Source: Thalia democratica (taxonomy: Eukaryota). Taken from it: DNA of 64,000 nt. The notes under the pieces are model-generated. The model saw nothing but the letters and a program-made list of their open reading frames with translations. It searched no databases and was not told where the DNA came from. The position numbers and the translations under genes were made by a program. Location of the stretch: NCBI GenBank assembly GCA_965202585.1, contig OZ241830.1:45818001-45882000 (forward strand). Direction: 5' to 3'. Shown here in pieces: positions 46,229 through 60,300 of the stretch; the stretch's first letter is position 1; each line of letters opens with the position of its first letter.

Positions 46229-49200
46229 CCTTTTAAGGTATGTACTTTACCAACGTCTCTACTGTTATTTAAACAAGACGATTTAGAAATCACAGAATTA
46301 TTACTCATAAACTGTTAAAATTTTTTGATCAAACAAAACGATGCACCGGGCTACAAATTATACTTTTCTGATACATTCAAAAAACAAATAACTACTAAAA
46401 AAAACTGTTATTTTTTTTTGCAAATTTTCAGTAGTTTAGTAAGTATAGAAAACTTTGAATGTAGTGCTTGAAAAAAAGCTAATTAAGTTACACAAAAAAT
46501 TACTTGTGTTTACTTTTCTTACAACTTATTTTCTTATATTTAACAACATTAGAAATAATATTAGCAATTTTTAAAAAAATTACTACCTATGTACTTTCAA
46601 GAACTACATTGAACAGGTTATTTCTGAGATACTTAAAACTTAATAAACTTTTTTAACACTTAAATTTGATTCAATTAAAAAAATAAGATCTTTATAAGTA
46701 TAAAAACGTTTTCGCTTATTTAACTCAAAAAGTCTTTTAATAGTTTAGTGAAAAACAATAAAACTTTGTATGTTTTTGTTGTAAGTTTAGTGTAGTAAGA
46801 ATAGGTTCTATCTATAAACTTAGACTATATAAGTTTTACAAACAAAATATATTTGATAATATCGTAACACAACTTTTATTGATTAAAATGAATGTAGAAA
46901 ATTCTACATTTTGTTTTAACGAAGTTTTGTAATGTAAAGTTTCAATACTCTTAAAGTTTGTACATGAAGTCCTGAAATTATCTTTAAAAAATTTTACTTA
47001 GAATACTACAAAACATTAAAAAAATATATATAATGTTTATATTCATACAATTACTTGTTTATATGCTTCATACTGTTTTTTTATTTTTATAAAATTAACT
47101 TAGACATTAGAAATTTCAAGTTTATATTATTTATTAACTAACGTTAATTTATATAGTAAGCAAATTATTTATTTTATCTATTTTTTTGATTTTTAATAAA
47201 TTTATAGTTTTTATTCAAACAAACAGTTAAATTAAATATAAAACAATAATTTTGTAACACATTTAATTATAAAAAAAGATAAAATAATTCTTTTAAATTT
47301 CAATACACAAAGATTAATTTGATTAACATTAATAATACATTCTTCAGATAGTGGTAGCTTTTTCAATTAATGAGTTTTACACTAAACAATTTATTAAAAC
47401 TACAAACATTATTTGATCTTAAACATTAGGAATATAATCATGTTAAAGCTAATAAATCTCTTGTTTGACCTTTGTGATATGTAACTGCTTATTAAAAACA
47501 ATTGTGTCCATGAAAATTATAAACCTTATTATTGTAATCTAAGAAAACATTATCCTAAAATATAACACAAAATCAATACAGAAAATTTTAAGTACAAGCC
47601 CTTGATATTAAAAAAACATTTAAGGTTATAGTTGTGGTCAACTTTTAAAAGTACGTGAAACGAGTTTGTCAAGTAGTATTTACTCATTTCAAATTACTTT
47701 TATCATATTGAAAGTTGTTTAACTATTAAAACTTAAATAAATATCAAGTATTTATTTATATATAAGTTAAGGGAATATCAATAATGAAATTTGAAACGCA
47801 TTTTATACTTGTACTAATTTAAACAAATAAATTTTGAAAAGCATTAAGGAATTTAGTAAAATTTGCTAAAATATTTTAACAACATTAAATAGATACTTAG
47901 CTTTAAAGTCTATACAAACTCTTATCTAATAGTTTTAGAAAATCTTAATTAGGAAAAAAAAAATTATGAGTTAAGCCAAACATAAAAAACTTTAAACCTG
48001 TCTTATACTTTACCAAAGTCAAATTGAAAAATAATCTTAACCTACTGGATTTCAAGTTTTTATCATATTTTTCAAACCTAAACTAAATCGATAAAAGTTG
48101 CGTTAACAAACGATAATTAGTGATAACAGTAGCCTATGTATGTATGCACTAGCTAGCAAATTATTTTAAAAATGCTTATCTAAAATTACTATAACACACT
48201 CGTCTGTTATGATTAGTTTGAATTTTTCAAAAAAAAGCTAACAACAAACATATATTAATCTTCATTAGAAAATTAATTTGATATAAAATATGATTTTGTT
48301 TTTGCAGTTTATAATTTTATAACTTGACTTGTTTACGATTGAAGATTTTAAAACTTATTTCACTAAAATCTTAAGAAATTTGTAATGAAATGATAACTTG
48401 ATAAGCATTACGTGCTATTGATTATCAAATTAAGAGCAAGTTGTAAATAAATTGTTAAAATTAAGCTAAACTTGTTTTGCTAACGTTCTTTACTTGATAA
48501 AAATCAAATTATGAGCCAGAAACTTTAGTTGGTATATTGCCTACTCCTTTGTTAATATTCTAAAAGTATTAAACAAGTAAAGACCTGTTAAATATGATAA
48601 ACCGTTAGTAGATTGACGACTGCAGGTTTTTCGGTTTCGGCTGACTGACGAGTTTCAATAAAAACGAAACCCGGGTCTTAGTCTACAGAAAGCTTGTGGT
48701 CTGATGATCGACGTGGTATAATCAAACCTTTATGTTAACTTTTTCTTAAGTGATCAAAGAATATAGTCAAAATTGAACACTGTTCTACAAAGTACTTTAA
48801 ATTGTACATCTGTTATTAAATTTGTAAAGATTTATTTAAATATTACAAATATGTATTAAAACTATTCATTTTGTACTTGAATCTTTAGTAACTAAATAAT
48901 CTGTTTAGTTTAACTTCTGAGATTCAAGTTATCATCAAATAAAAGGAGCGTATTAATTAAAATGTAGTAAAAGTAGAAAATCATTTTAGATAGTAAACAT
49001 ATCTTGATAACCCATTTACTTTTTGGATTCAAGTAGTTTAACTTAATTATGATTTCAACTTTAAGCAAACTTGTAAAATGTAATGCTTGTAAAAATAGAT
49101 TGCAAAGTTTTTTATCCCTCAATAACTTAATTGTTTTTTCGTAGGATAAACTTTATTACTTTAATTTTATAAAGAAGAACTAACAAAATTTATTAAAACT

Positions 49201-49268
49201 ATAAAGCCTGTACCTGACAAAAATTAACAGTACTTGATTTTTTAGATTGAATTGTTTACTAGTAATTG

Positions 49269-49508
49269 ACGAAAAAAGTGCTCAAAGTAGTTTACCTAGG
49301 GCCTGTTTTGGTTATCGAATTGTACACAACTTGGATACAGTTTACGTCTTGTCCTAAAATAATTAACACATAAGTCTTTTTTTTTGTTAGATGACATTAG
49401 ACTTATGTGTTAATTGTTTTAGGACAAGACGTTAAACTGTATCCGAGTTGTGTACGATTCGATAACCAAAACAGGCCCTAGGTAAATTACTTTGAGCACT
49501 TTTTTCGT
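49269..49508. repeat. Long imperfect inverted repeat (109/110-bp arms, 21-nt spacer)
   Basis: 49269-49377 pairs with 49399-49508, with 4 substitutions and one 1-nt bulge. Confidence 0.93.
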
Positions 49509-52269
49509 TCAACAAACAACAACATGAACAACATTACTTAGTTTAAGTAGAACAAGCTAAAAAGAAAAAAAACACATGTTTTTAATTTAAAAAAAGTATT
49601 GCACAATTAACTAAAGCTCTATTTAGAACAGAAAAAATCAGTTAAATATAGGTTAAATTTTAATAAAATTTAAACTAACCTTACGAACAGCAATTATAAA
49701 TAAACAGAAAAACTAAACTGTTTTTATAAATAAATATATTTAGTAGTACGTATATGTTTTAAAGCATTTATATGTTTAAAATAAATTATTATTAGTGTAA
49801 GAAAATTTTAATTTACTGTACCTATTTATTTTTTACTTTTTGTAAAAGCACTATATATGGTAATAAAGTATACTTATATCTCAATCATTTTACAATTATT
49901 AATGAAGTAAATTAAAATTCAAACTTTCAACGACTTTACAGTTTAACTTTTTTTAAATATTAGTATAATAAAGTTCTGTCAACATAAAACGTTAAAAAAC
50001 TTAATTTAAGTATACTTTAATAATTATTCTTTAATTTTTAAACGCACTTCGAAAATAATTCAATGTTTAGTTACTGTTCTTAAATTTTAAAAATCATCAT
50101 AAACTTATAAAGACACGTTTCTTTAAAAACATAAAATGACTAGAAAAATCTAGTTTAAGAAACACTATCAAAAGTGTTTTGAAGCTTAAAATCTATATTG
50201 GTTTAGATAGTAGTTTTTAGTTAATTGTGCAAGAACATTTTATTACCCAGCTGATAACTGAAATAAAGCAATTGTGGATCAATGTAATAACTACAAAATA
50301 CCGTAGATTTTGTATGTCAACTTATTCTGGTTTGTTTTGATCGTAATGTTTATACAAGTTTTCTAAATTGTTTTAAGTTAAACTTTATTTGAGTTTTTAC
50401 ATATATTAATCGATTTTTTGAATGTTTATAACAATTATGAAAATTAATTTTTTTTCAGAAGTACTTAAGTTTTAATCATAAGGTCAATTAAACCTTTCGA
50501 TTAGAAAAAAAACTTGTAACAAGTTTCGTGTAGGTTAAGTTTTGTTATTTAAATAGTACTAAAAAAACAAGTTTATTGAAAATTATCACCTTATTTTTAA
50601 CTGTTACGAGTTAAAATAAACCTGGTTCTCAATTCTACCAACACTTTACAAAACCCAACTGTCTTGTTGATTCTCTGGGAAAAGCTCACCTCCATAGACG
50701 CCACTTTACGTCAGCAATTTATATTTGCTGTGCAGTGAGTTGGTCGTAGGCTAACTTAACGTCGATCACCCTGAAGTACATAAAATAACCCACTAGCGCG
50801 ACCTGAGAAACTTAAATGTCGTATTTGATCAGTGTGAAAAGCTAACAGTTGATCGAAACAATTGACGCTCGCTTATCAGCAAGAATTTTAGAAACGGAGA
50901 AATTTGTGTTACAAGATACAAAAAGAAACAAATTAATTTAAATTGTTATATTTATTAGGTTTAACTTTCATTTTGTTTTTACTACTTTCATTGTTTTTCT
51001 TAAACATTTTTCAATTTTAATTACAGTTTTTGCCATATTTAATCTTGGTTATCTTTCTTTTGTGTTGTTGTGAGCACTTTACATACAGCCGATTTCGGTT
51101 GCAAGAGGAAAACTTTTATTATCATAATAAAGAAATAAAAAGTGAAATAAACAGTTAACGATACATAATCAAAACAATATTAAAATCTAGCAATTTTGAC
51201 TTGAATCATGAACATCTGGTATTGATATAAAATAGGTTGTAAGAGTTGTTTATTATAAAATTTAAAAACTGCTTTTAAGATGATCTCATTTCTTTTCTCT
51301 CAAAGTTAAGAATTAAAACAACTGAGCAACAAAAGTTATTAATTAGTCAGTCTATTTTTTTTCTTACGTTTATAATGGTGAACTAAACTATGAATTGTAT
51401 GTCTTGAAGTTTGTCATTAATTACTTACTAAGAAAGTATGCCATCTTAATTATTGTTATGTTTTTTTGAAAATTGCTTATTTTCATTGTGTATTTTGTAA
51501 AAATAAATAATTTTACAAAAACCTATGCATTTACAAAAAAAATTTTTTACCATAAACATTATTTGCTGCTGAAATTAACTGTTATACAAAAGTTTAAAAA
51601 GTATTGTATGCGACAAATGGTGAAAAATTACTTCAAGTCAAACATGTTTGATGTAGACTTTTCTATATAGACAAACCCTGTTATCAAGAAAACGTAACTT
51701 TTTGTCTGTGTAAAATTCATAATTGACGTTTGGTTTTACTTACAAGGTTAATCAAAAGTTCCTCTTTTTTTTTTTGTTCTCAAAAGTTAATATCATTAAG
51801 ATACTATTTTCTTTAAAACTAAAGTAGCATTTTAGTGATGTTGTTTTTCTTATATTTTTCAATTTTTTTATTAAAATGTTAATTTTTTATCAGCAAAAAA
51901 GAGTCAATAGGTCAGCTTCATTCTGTAAGAAGGATAAATTCAGAGATAATAAAGCTGTTTTACTTAAGTAACAGTTTACAATGATATGAAAATCTAAAGG
52001 AGTTTTTTACATCTAAAGCCAGTTCTAATAATGGAAAACCACGCACTCCTGGATCAAATAAGATGTTTAATACTTTAAGATATCCGAAGAGATCTGCCAG
52101 GCAAATGGCTAAAGGTAATATAAGAGTACTAACTTAATTGTCAAAAGATATCAGTCAAGAGATAAATTGTCAAAAGTTATTTTAAACGGCCTCTATATAA
52201 GATAAGAAAGAAATAATACGTTACACTTATTAGATTATTACAATTATTACACTTAAATTATTTATGTAA

Positions 52270-52780
52270 AGTTGCACAAGCTTCATTTTATCAAACATTG
52301 AAAAGTTTTAAAACTAATTCAGTTAGTATGCTGACAAAACTGTTTAAAATATACGTTTGTCCTAAGCTTGAATACAATACCCAAATTTGGTCCCTTTATT
52401 TTAAAATAGACATTAATAAAATTGAGTCTGTGCAAAATAACTTTACCGGTTTTATATGTAATCGTTGTAAAATATCAAAAACATCAATTAATGATAGATT
52501 AAATAAACTTGACTTGAAATCTCTATAATATAGGAAATAAAGTTTGATTTATTAACTCTTTAAAGAATTATTAATGGCAAATATAAGATTTTTTCAGTTT
52601 TTCCCATAATAAATATCAGTTAAGATAATAGAGAATAATAGAAAAATAAAATACATACATTATTTTGATAACAGTCAGTGGCAAAGTTCATTTTTTCACA
52701 GAGCAAAGACAATGTGGAACATGTTACCACAGGATGTAGTATGTGTGGGAGGGTTGAACATTTTCGCTTAAAAATAAAGA
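52270..52780 (+). mobile_element. CR1/L2-clade LINE ORF2 3' (post-RT) remnant
   Basis: KSFKTNSVSMLTKLFKIYVCPKLEYNTQIWSLYFKIDINKIESVQNNFT..DRLNKLDLKSL, then after frameshifts KFDLLTL..IING and SFFHRAKTMWNMLPQDVV. This is the typical Y.RP.LEY..WSP..IE.VQ..FT / FF..R...WN.LP..VV signature. 5'-truncated and decayed. Confidence 0.8.
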
Positions 52781-54395
52781 GTTTTATTTTTATTACAATA
52801 AATATTAGTAAAGTAAAATACTTTTAAAAACAAAAAAATAAAAAAATAAGTTTTTCATAATACTTTATCTCATCTAAGTTAACTACTGATTATTTAATTT
52901 ATTATTTATCTATAGCACTAGTTTTTTTTTTCTACGCTTCCCCCCACCCCCAACAGACTATTAGTTTACTTTTATTAACTTTGTATAAATAAATTATGTC
53001 ATATAAACAATGCTTTTATTTGGTTGTACTTTCTTATAAGTGTGCATTTACTATTTCTTTTTGTTTGTACTAAGTTATCGCCTTAAATAAACAAATAAGC
53101 TTAAACTTATTAATAAGTTCTATAAAAATTTAACTTTCTATAATTATATGTTTATTATTTTTATATTTTTAACTGTTGAACATATACTTATTTTAATTTT
53201 TATTTTCTTCTTGTTATTGTCCTGTTTAAGCGGCTCAGGTTTTGATGCTAGAGATCAACATTACACAGAAAATAATACAATAATAACATAACAATATCAG
53301 CCTTTCACCTTCGAACAAATTAAGCACCATTTAAAACCCTTATAAAAATTTGAAATTTGGAAATTGTTATTTCTGTAGACTTTGGTATAAGTAGATGTGG
53401 CCTAGTTTAAACCTAATTGATTTTATAGCGCGAACTATATTAAAAACAAAGGTCTCTTCTGTTGCTTATTAACGGTCTGTAACTTTGTAAACAAACTTGA
53501 ATAAAACAACGCAAGAAAACGCCACATACCTTAGTAAAAAGTTTAAGAAAATTAGTTATAGTCTCAATGATAAAAAAATGAAATCAAAAAATATTTAATT
53601 TAGATTTGTTGTTAGTTTATTTGGTTAAAATTTAAAAAAAATGTTGTTTGTGTGTTTTTTTGTTAATAAACCGTTTCTAACTAGTCAAAAAAATCCGGTC
53701 CACCTGCAATTCAGAGTTTCCTAAAGTGAGCGATAATGATTCCTCGGAGGCGGTTTTTTTTGATATCAGAGGCAATAACTAGTCAGGGGAAAATTGGTAA
53801 TCAAGTAGTAGAGGGGGCGACTATTTCTTTTCTTTTTGTGAAATAGACGACCTTGAAAACGAGTTAGGTAAATTATGCTATAGATTTGAAAGCAAAATCA
53901 TTTCAAAGTTCAAAAATCATTTAATAGGTTAAATTAAATAATCATTATTACCTTTAATGACTAAAAATATACACTATCAAACTATTAGTTTTGCAGACAT
54001 TTTTTGACTTGAGAACTAAAGTAAAATTTAAAACGTTGCTACTTAATTTAAAAGTTTAAGAGTTTCCTTATAATAATATCAATTTTTATTGGTCGGTAGT
54101 TTAACAAAAAATATAACAACCAAAATTATTATTTTAAATAATATTTTAATCTATTTACCGCAAAATAAAAGGTTTTTTTGTAGCTTAAAGTAACTATTGA
54201 CAAAATTAAAGGTAACAGTGTTTTTTGTTTTAACAGTGACACTTTTGTGCATATGAAGACATAAAAGTATAAATTAAAGCTGCGCTGATTTCTTTTAAAA
54301 CATAGTTTATAAAATTCACAGTGCAAAATAAAAATATATATACATTAGGTTAGCAGATTAAAAGAAGTGGTTTTTAAACAGCTCTTGCTCTTATT

Positions 54396-57300
54396 TTAGA
54401 CAAAAGAAGATTTTTTTGCCTCCATCAAAATTCTTTTTCTAGGTCCTAAAGGAATTCCTATTTCTTCTAACTGTTTTTCTTCCAAATATGGTAACTCAGA
54501 CATGCCTATGCTTTGATGTTGGAAGTTTTTGATGAACTTCTTCGATTAAAAATTAAATTTATTTATTTTTTATTTATTTCTATAAGAACAAATACTTAAA
54601 ATTGTATTTTCTTAAAATGCTAGTTTTTTATTTTATTAAATAAAAAAATCTTAGTTAAATATCTTTAGTTATCAAACTCAAATAAATACCTCATAACCAA
54701 GTCTTTTTAAAAAGATGTTGATCAGAGATGGCTGGGGTGACGGTTCGTGGAAAAATTTTGTTAGTTTGTTCATTTTTGTTCTTGCACTTTCTTTTGCTAC
54801 TTTTTTGTTTGGGCTTTTAACTGCTTGCTGTCGTTCGAGATTCTCTTGTCTCGCTCGTAACTAGTTTCAAAATTAGACAAATAAAATTTAAAACTTAGTT
54901 TAGGTATAATATATCAAGTCGAAAGCGTTCGTTTTTTATTTTTTAAAACCGATAACTAGTTTTTAACTAAAAAACTTTTACAGCATTTTAAGTTTTTTAC
55001 GTTTTTTTTTTACAAAAGTACGTACTTATAGTATTAACAATAAGTACAAATGAAATATCTAAGCAAACGTTCACAAAAAGAAAAAAAAAGTTATATACAA
55101 TGTTTCAACTTTTTAAAAATTACAGTAACCTGCAGCGTAACTTCACACGTTAAACCCACAACAAAAAGTGCTAAATTATACTTGAGGTAAAAAAGGGCTT
55201 TAGCAGATCCAACTCAGTCTTTATACTTATATGAATTACACCTACTTGTCAAATTAATTTACTTTATTTACAGGTTATATCAAAAAATCTCTAATTAAAT
55301 TTAACAGTATTAACTGACAAGCATGTGGTTTGTTACTAATTGAAACACTAACTTATACGAAATACTTAAAAAAACTACAATCTCCTCTCGCGAATCTACA
55401 CACTTGTTTGGTTATACACTCTCGTTTAGTTACGCGTTTTAGAATTCTTAAAATCTTTAATATTGTACATTTTTTGTGTGCATTTAGTTAACAATAATAC
55501 ATTAATTTTTATTATATTTCAAGAAAATTTAAAGTAAATATTTTGAAAAATAAAGAATAAGATAGATTTTAATTAAATAGAGATTTTTGCATTTTTAGTT
55601 TGTGCCTTCCATGAGGAACTTATTAATTTCTTAGGCTTTGCTTTTTGTAATTTAGTTGTCTTAGTTTCCTATTTATACTTTTAAATCAAACAAGTTACAA
55701 TGTTCAATTCCTCACAATATTAATGAAATAAAGTTTCACTTTAACTCAATAAATCTCTTACTTTTAGCTAACTTGTTCCTTTCCCACCTTATATTTAACT
55801 TGTCTTGTGTAGCAAAAAAGAAAAAAAAAACTCTAATATCATGCAAGATAAGTTTAATTTTATTTGGGCAAGAAAAAAAGTAGAAAAATATACTTTGTAT
55901 ACACATAAACAGTTTTTATTAAAAAACGTTTCACATGTATGTAAAATTCAAAAAAAAAAATTGTGAACCCAAAAAGAGAAAAAGTCTATAAACTGTGTTT
56001 AATCAATTGCATTTTAAGAAAGCAGCTAACTAAGTTAGGTTAGTGTCATTTGCTACCTCTCGTTTAGTTACGATCTCTCGTTTAGTTATGCACTTTTGCT
56101 GTGGACACAATAGGCGTAAATTCGCAAGAGGTGAATTTAATCACAAATTTTTAAATAAATGACTATATCAACATAAATAATGCAAAATATAAACAAGCTA
56201 CTATATTATTTTAGAAAAAACAAAAACATTCAGTGTCTTTACTTAATGTAAATAAAAATTATAAAAGATATAAATTAAATATTAAAACCAAGATCAATTT
56301 AGCAAAGTGCAAAGTTATATGACAGGCGAACTTACGCGGTAGGCTACTGTATGTAAAAATATAAAAAACACTGTAAAAGTATAAAACAAACTTCTGCAAT
56401 ATCTTTTCTGATAAATTCAATCTGATGAACATTGACTGCTTGGTGGTGCATATCATTGCTCAGCTGCGACAATGAACGTGCTAGTGACATTACATTAGCT
56501 TCTAATCTTGAGAACCGTTTGTTCATTGATCTTGAAATAAATCAAAATAGTGTTATTTATTACAGTTATAGAATAAATAGATAGTTTATTTAACGATAAT
56601 TAATGTTTGTTGCTTTATGAAAAAGTATAATAAAGACGACTTAAGTATACTACTGTTGTTGCTGTAGATTTTTAGTATACGCTTATCTATTTTATTATTT
56701 TTTATCAAAAAAACTACTAAAGTTAACATGTTTTTAAATGAATTAACTTTTATAGCTTTAAAAATTAAAATATTTAGGTCATTTTATGCATTTTTTTTTG
56801 AAAAATGGTCACACGAATGAATAAAAGAAGTTTAGTTGTTTGTAGTTTATATCTTAGTTTTATGCCAATGTAATTAAAAAAATATAGAGATGTATCTACT
56901 ATAACTCTCTTAGTTAAGTATGCACAATCAATGTTAGACTATAAAATACAATTTCCTGTAATTAAAGTAAAAACTAAAAGCTATAAAAACTGTTAAAAAG
57001 TAAATGTACAAAAAAAAAATTGCATTACTAAAAAACTAATGCATTGGTTGGGTAAGCAAGTTAAGTCGAAAATTCCGTGTTTTTTAAAGATTGTAATCGT
57101 ACCTCATTTCCTTGAAGTAACGATCAGATTTTCCTCTTTTGCTGCGGTGCCTTCTACCACCTTTTGATCGGATGGCGCTGCTGCAGACACTAGCAGTTGT
57201 CATTGAAAAGACACTTTCACTATCGTACACATCATGATCTAGTTGTCTCATCGTCCTGTAGCATTTTTTAAAGTTATTTATTCTTAAGAACTTTTGAAGA

Positions 57301-60300
57301 TATAGTTTGCCAAAAAATGTTTAAACAAAAATATTAAATGTTTAGTTTTTGCGATCAGTAAATGTTTTAACACAGGCTTTTATAGAAGTGGCGGAATATT
57401 TTTATAGAATTTTATAGAATCTCTGGAATTCCATATATAAAAGTGGAAATTAATATTATCCGGTTCTACAACCAAGTCGTAACACAAAAACTAAAAGTTA
57501 ACAATGCAGAGATCGTATTAAGAGTTAAACCAGATAAAGTGAAACTGTTTACTAGCATAACTTTGTTAAGTAAAATAGTTTTGAACTAAATCTTTTGAAT
57601 TTATTTATATCTTAAATAAATCATAACAAAATAAATTGTTTCAAAAGCATTAATAAACTTAAAATATTGAATACTATTTTTTACTTGTTTGTCAATAATT
57701 ATTTTATTTTGTTACAAACCTTAAAGTAGAGTTTCTATTCCTTATTAGTTTAAATTTATTTTCTTATAATGAAAATAATAATAGTATTAAATCAGCAACC
57801 AAAAAACTAAACTAACGAACTAATTTTTATGAACACTTATTTTATTTTAAATTTTATTAATAAATGATTACTTAAAAAATGTATGACCAAATTACAACTC
57901 TGTACATCTATCATATAAGTCTTTAGTCCTATAAACAAGAAGTTTATAAAATTATTAATATTATATTTAAACGAAATTGTTTAATTACGATATTTTTAAG
58001 TAAAAATTGATTGTTACTTTATATTAAGTTTTACAAAAACATTACGATTTTTCTAGAGATTGATATAGTTAAGCTTTCATTCGAACATAACATTTTTCTT
58101 AAGAAATTCGAAGTAAAATTTTTTTACAAAAATAGGTAATTTATATAACTAAAAAAACATATTCAAAAGTGTACTTATATTTGCACTATTGTAAAAAAAC
58201 AACTTGACTACCTTTAAAAATTTTATTATGCAACAGCTAGCTTTACAATATAAAAACTAAACATACTTCTTCAATTTAAAACCATTTTTTAGAATATTAT
58301 CCTGTATATTAAAAACAATTACTTAAATTTTTGAATCAAATTTGTACAAAAATTAAATAATTACAAGTATACTTGTAATAAAAATAACTAATGTTTACTA
58401 AAATTTACGTCCAGTCTAATCTAACAAGTATGATGATAAAATTTAGCAAGATGCACAACTTTTTTTTTGTTACAATTTAGCTAAGAATTTAACAGAAATT
58501 ATTGTTAAATTTGTACTTTTAAAAATTGTACTATTAAAGTATTATTTAATTACTTGATAATTAATATCTTCTTTAAGTTTTTAAATAGGTTGATTGACCT
58601 CTTCACAAATCTAGAACAAAAATATTTATGATTGAAACAACTAGTATAAGTTTTTAACTTTTAAATACGGTACAAACTCAACTTTACGTTAAACACACAC
58701 GTAAAACACGATAAAAACAAACATTTTACAGATAACTAAACTATAAAACAGAAAGCTTTACAAATATACTTCTAAGTGACAAAAACAACTAAAAGTACTA
58801 AAAGTACAGTTTTAGTAACATACTAACTTAAGAAAAACATGTCTTTAAACAACTACTTGTAAGTTGTGCTTTTTTACGACAATTACATGTAACGTTTATT
58901 TAAGGTGTTTTTAACTTTTTATAAACGTTTTTTAGAGAATCAATTGAATAAAACAACTTAACTTCTTTTGCTAAATTTATTTTGTTTCCACTAGTACGTG
59001 CATTTGCAAGCTTACAAAAGCAATGCTACCAAAAACAGTCATGTTATGCTAAAAAATTTTGTTTGAATAGATAGTTTAAACAAGATAAGAAACACTACAT
59101 TTAAAAAAAAAATTGTTAGATTTTTTTACAAATTTTTGTCAGCCGGTGTTTTTTTGTTTTACTATAGACATGTTTTTGTTTTTTTACATATAAGACTATT
59201 GTTATTTTTATGTTAAAAAGTTACTTTGTAATATAAATTTTTTTTTAACCATAAATGAGTTTTATAGTTGTTTTTTACCGTTTATTAACCGTAAAACAAT
59301 TAAATACAGCTGTTAGCTAAGCATTAAATTGTAAGGTTTAAGTTAATTAAATTTATAAAACGTTATTTTTTTTTGTATTTTTATAAATTTAGAACTTTTA
59401 ATTTTCTAACAAACCCATTTGAACTAGTAACATCTTTGCATTTATTACTAGAGTCGTATTTTCGCTCATTGAAATTGTTTTCTAAGCAAGTTCTATTTTG
59501 ACGTAAAAGTTTTGGGTCTTCGTAATTATCGCTTTTTTTATCGTTTTGAAACTGAAATTTAAAAAAATTATTAAATTAGAGTAGGAATGGTCTTTAACTG
59601 TATCTAGAAGACCAACAACTTAGTTTATTAGTTATTCAATTATATAAATATAATAGAACAACTTACATTTATTCTCGAATAATCTTGCTTGTAATTTACA
59701 TAGCGAGCATCGTCTTTGATACCATTGTCTTTAACAACTGTAAAAACAATAATTTCAATTAATTGTAGTAGCAATTACTAAATAAATTTTATCTACACTA
59801 AATTACTGTTTCAACAAAGATAGAACAAGTTTAAAACATTTTTACAAATAAACTGTTTACGATAAAACTTTTGCAAGAAATAATCCATTATTACTACATA
59901 TTTTATAATAAGTTTTCGTTTCCACAAACTTGTCTAACTTAAAACAATGCTCTTACTTTTATATCCAGCGACGCTTGTCAAACTCTTTTTATTTTCATCT
60001 GAAACTTTTGTATTGACGTCACGAGCGACGTCATCATTGAGCGGAGGCAAAAGCGGAGTTGCTGACCTGTTGACATCGAGATTTGCAAATTGCTCAGCTT
60101 CGCCGTACATCGAAGTGCGAATCGAAGACAATGTCAAGTTCTTTGTGTCGTGCGTCATAACTGCCCCGCTGTCGAGTGACGTCCTTCCGCTTGATGCCGC
60201 TCTTTTGACGTTGACGACCGACAGTGGAGTTGCAATGACGTCATCGTTTGCGTCACTTGAAGAAGCACTCTGATCACCACGAACAGCTCGTCTGAAGCTG

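Noticed and set aside
48690-48725. CTGATGA motif (also at ~21565 and ~45050) as a box C/D snoRNA or hammerhead
   Set aside because: Part of a dispersed repeat, with no terminal stem/D-box geometry or GAAA core.
51893-52115. Exon-like plus-strand stretch (...YENLKEFFTSKASSNNGKPRTPGSNKMFNTLRYPKRSARQMAK|gtaat)
   Set aside because: In-frame stop, no recognisable homology and no partner exons.
59947-60273. 108-aa plus-strand ORF
   Set aside because: Antisense shadow of the 59957-60381 exon of the minus-strand SAM gene, which has proper splice sites and phase continuity.
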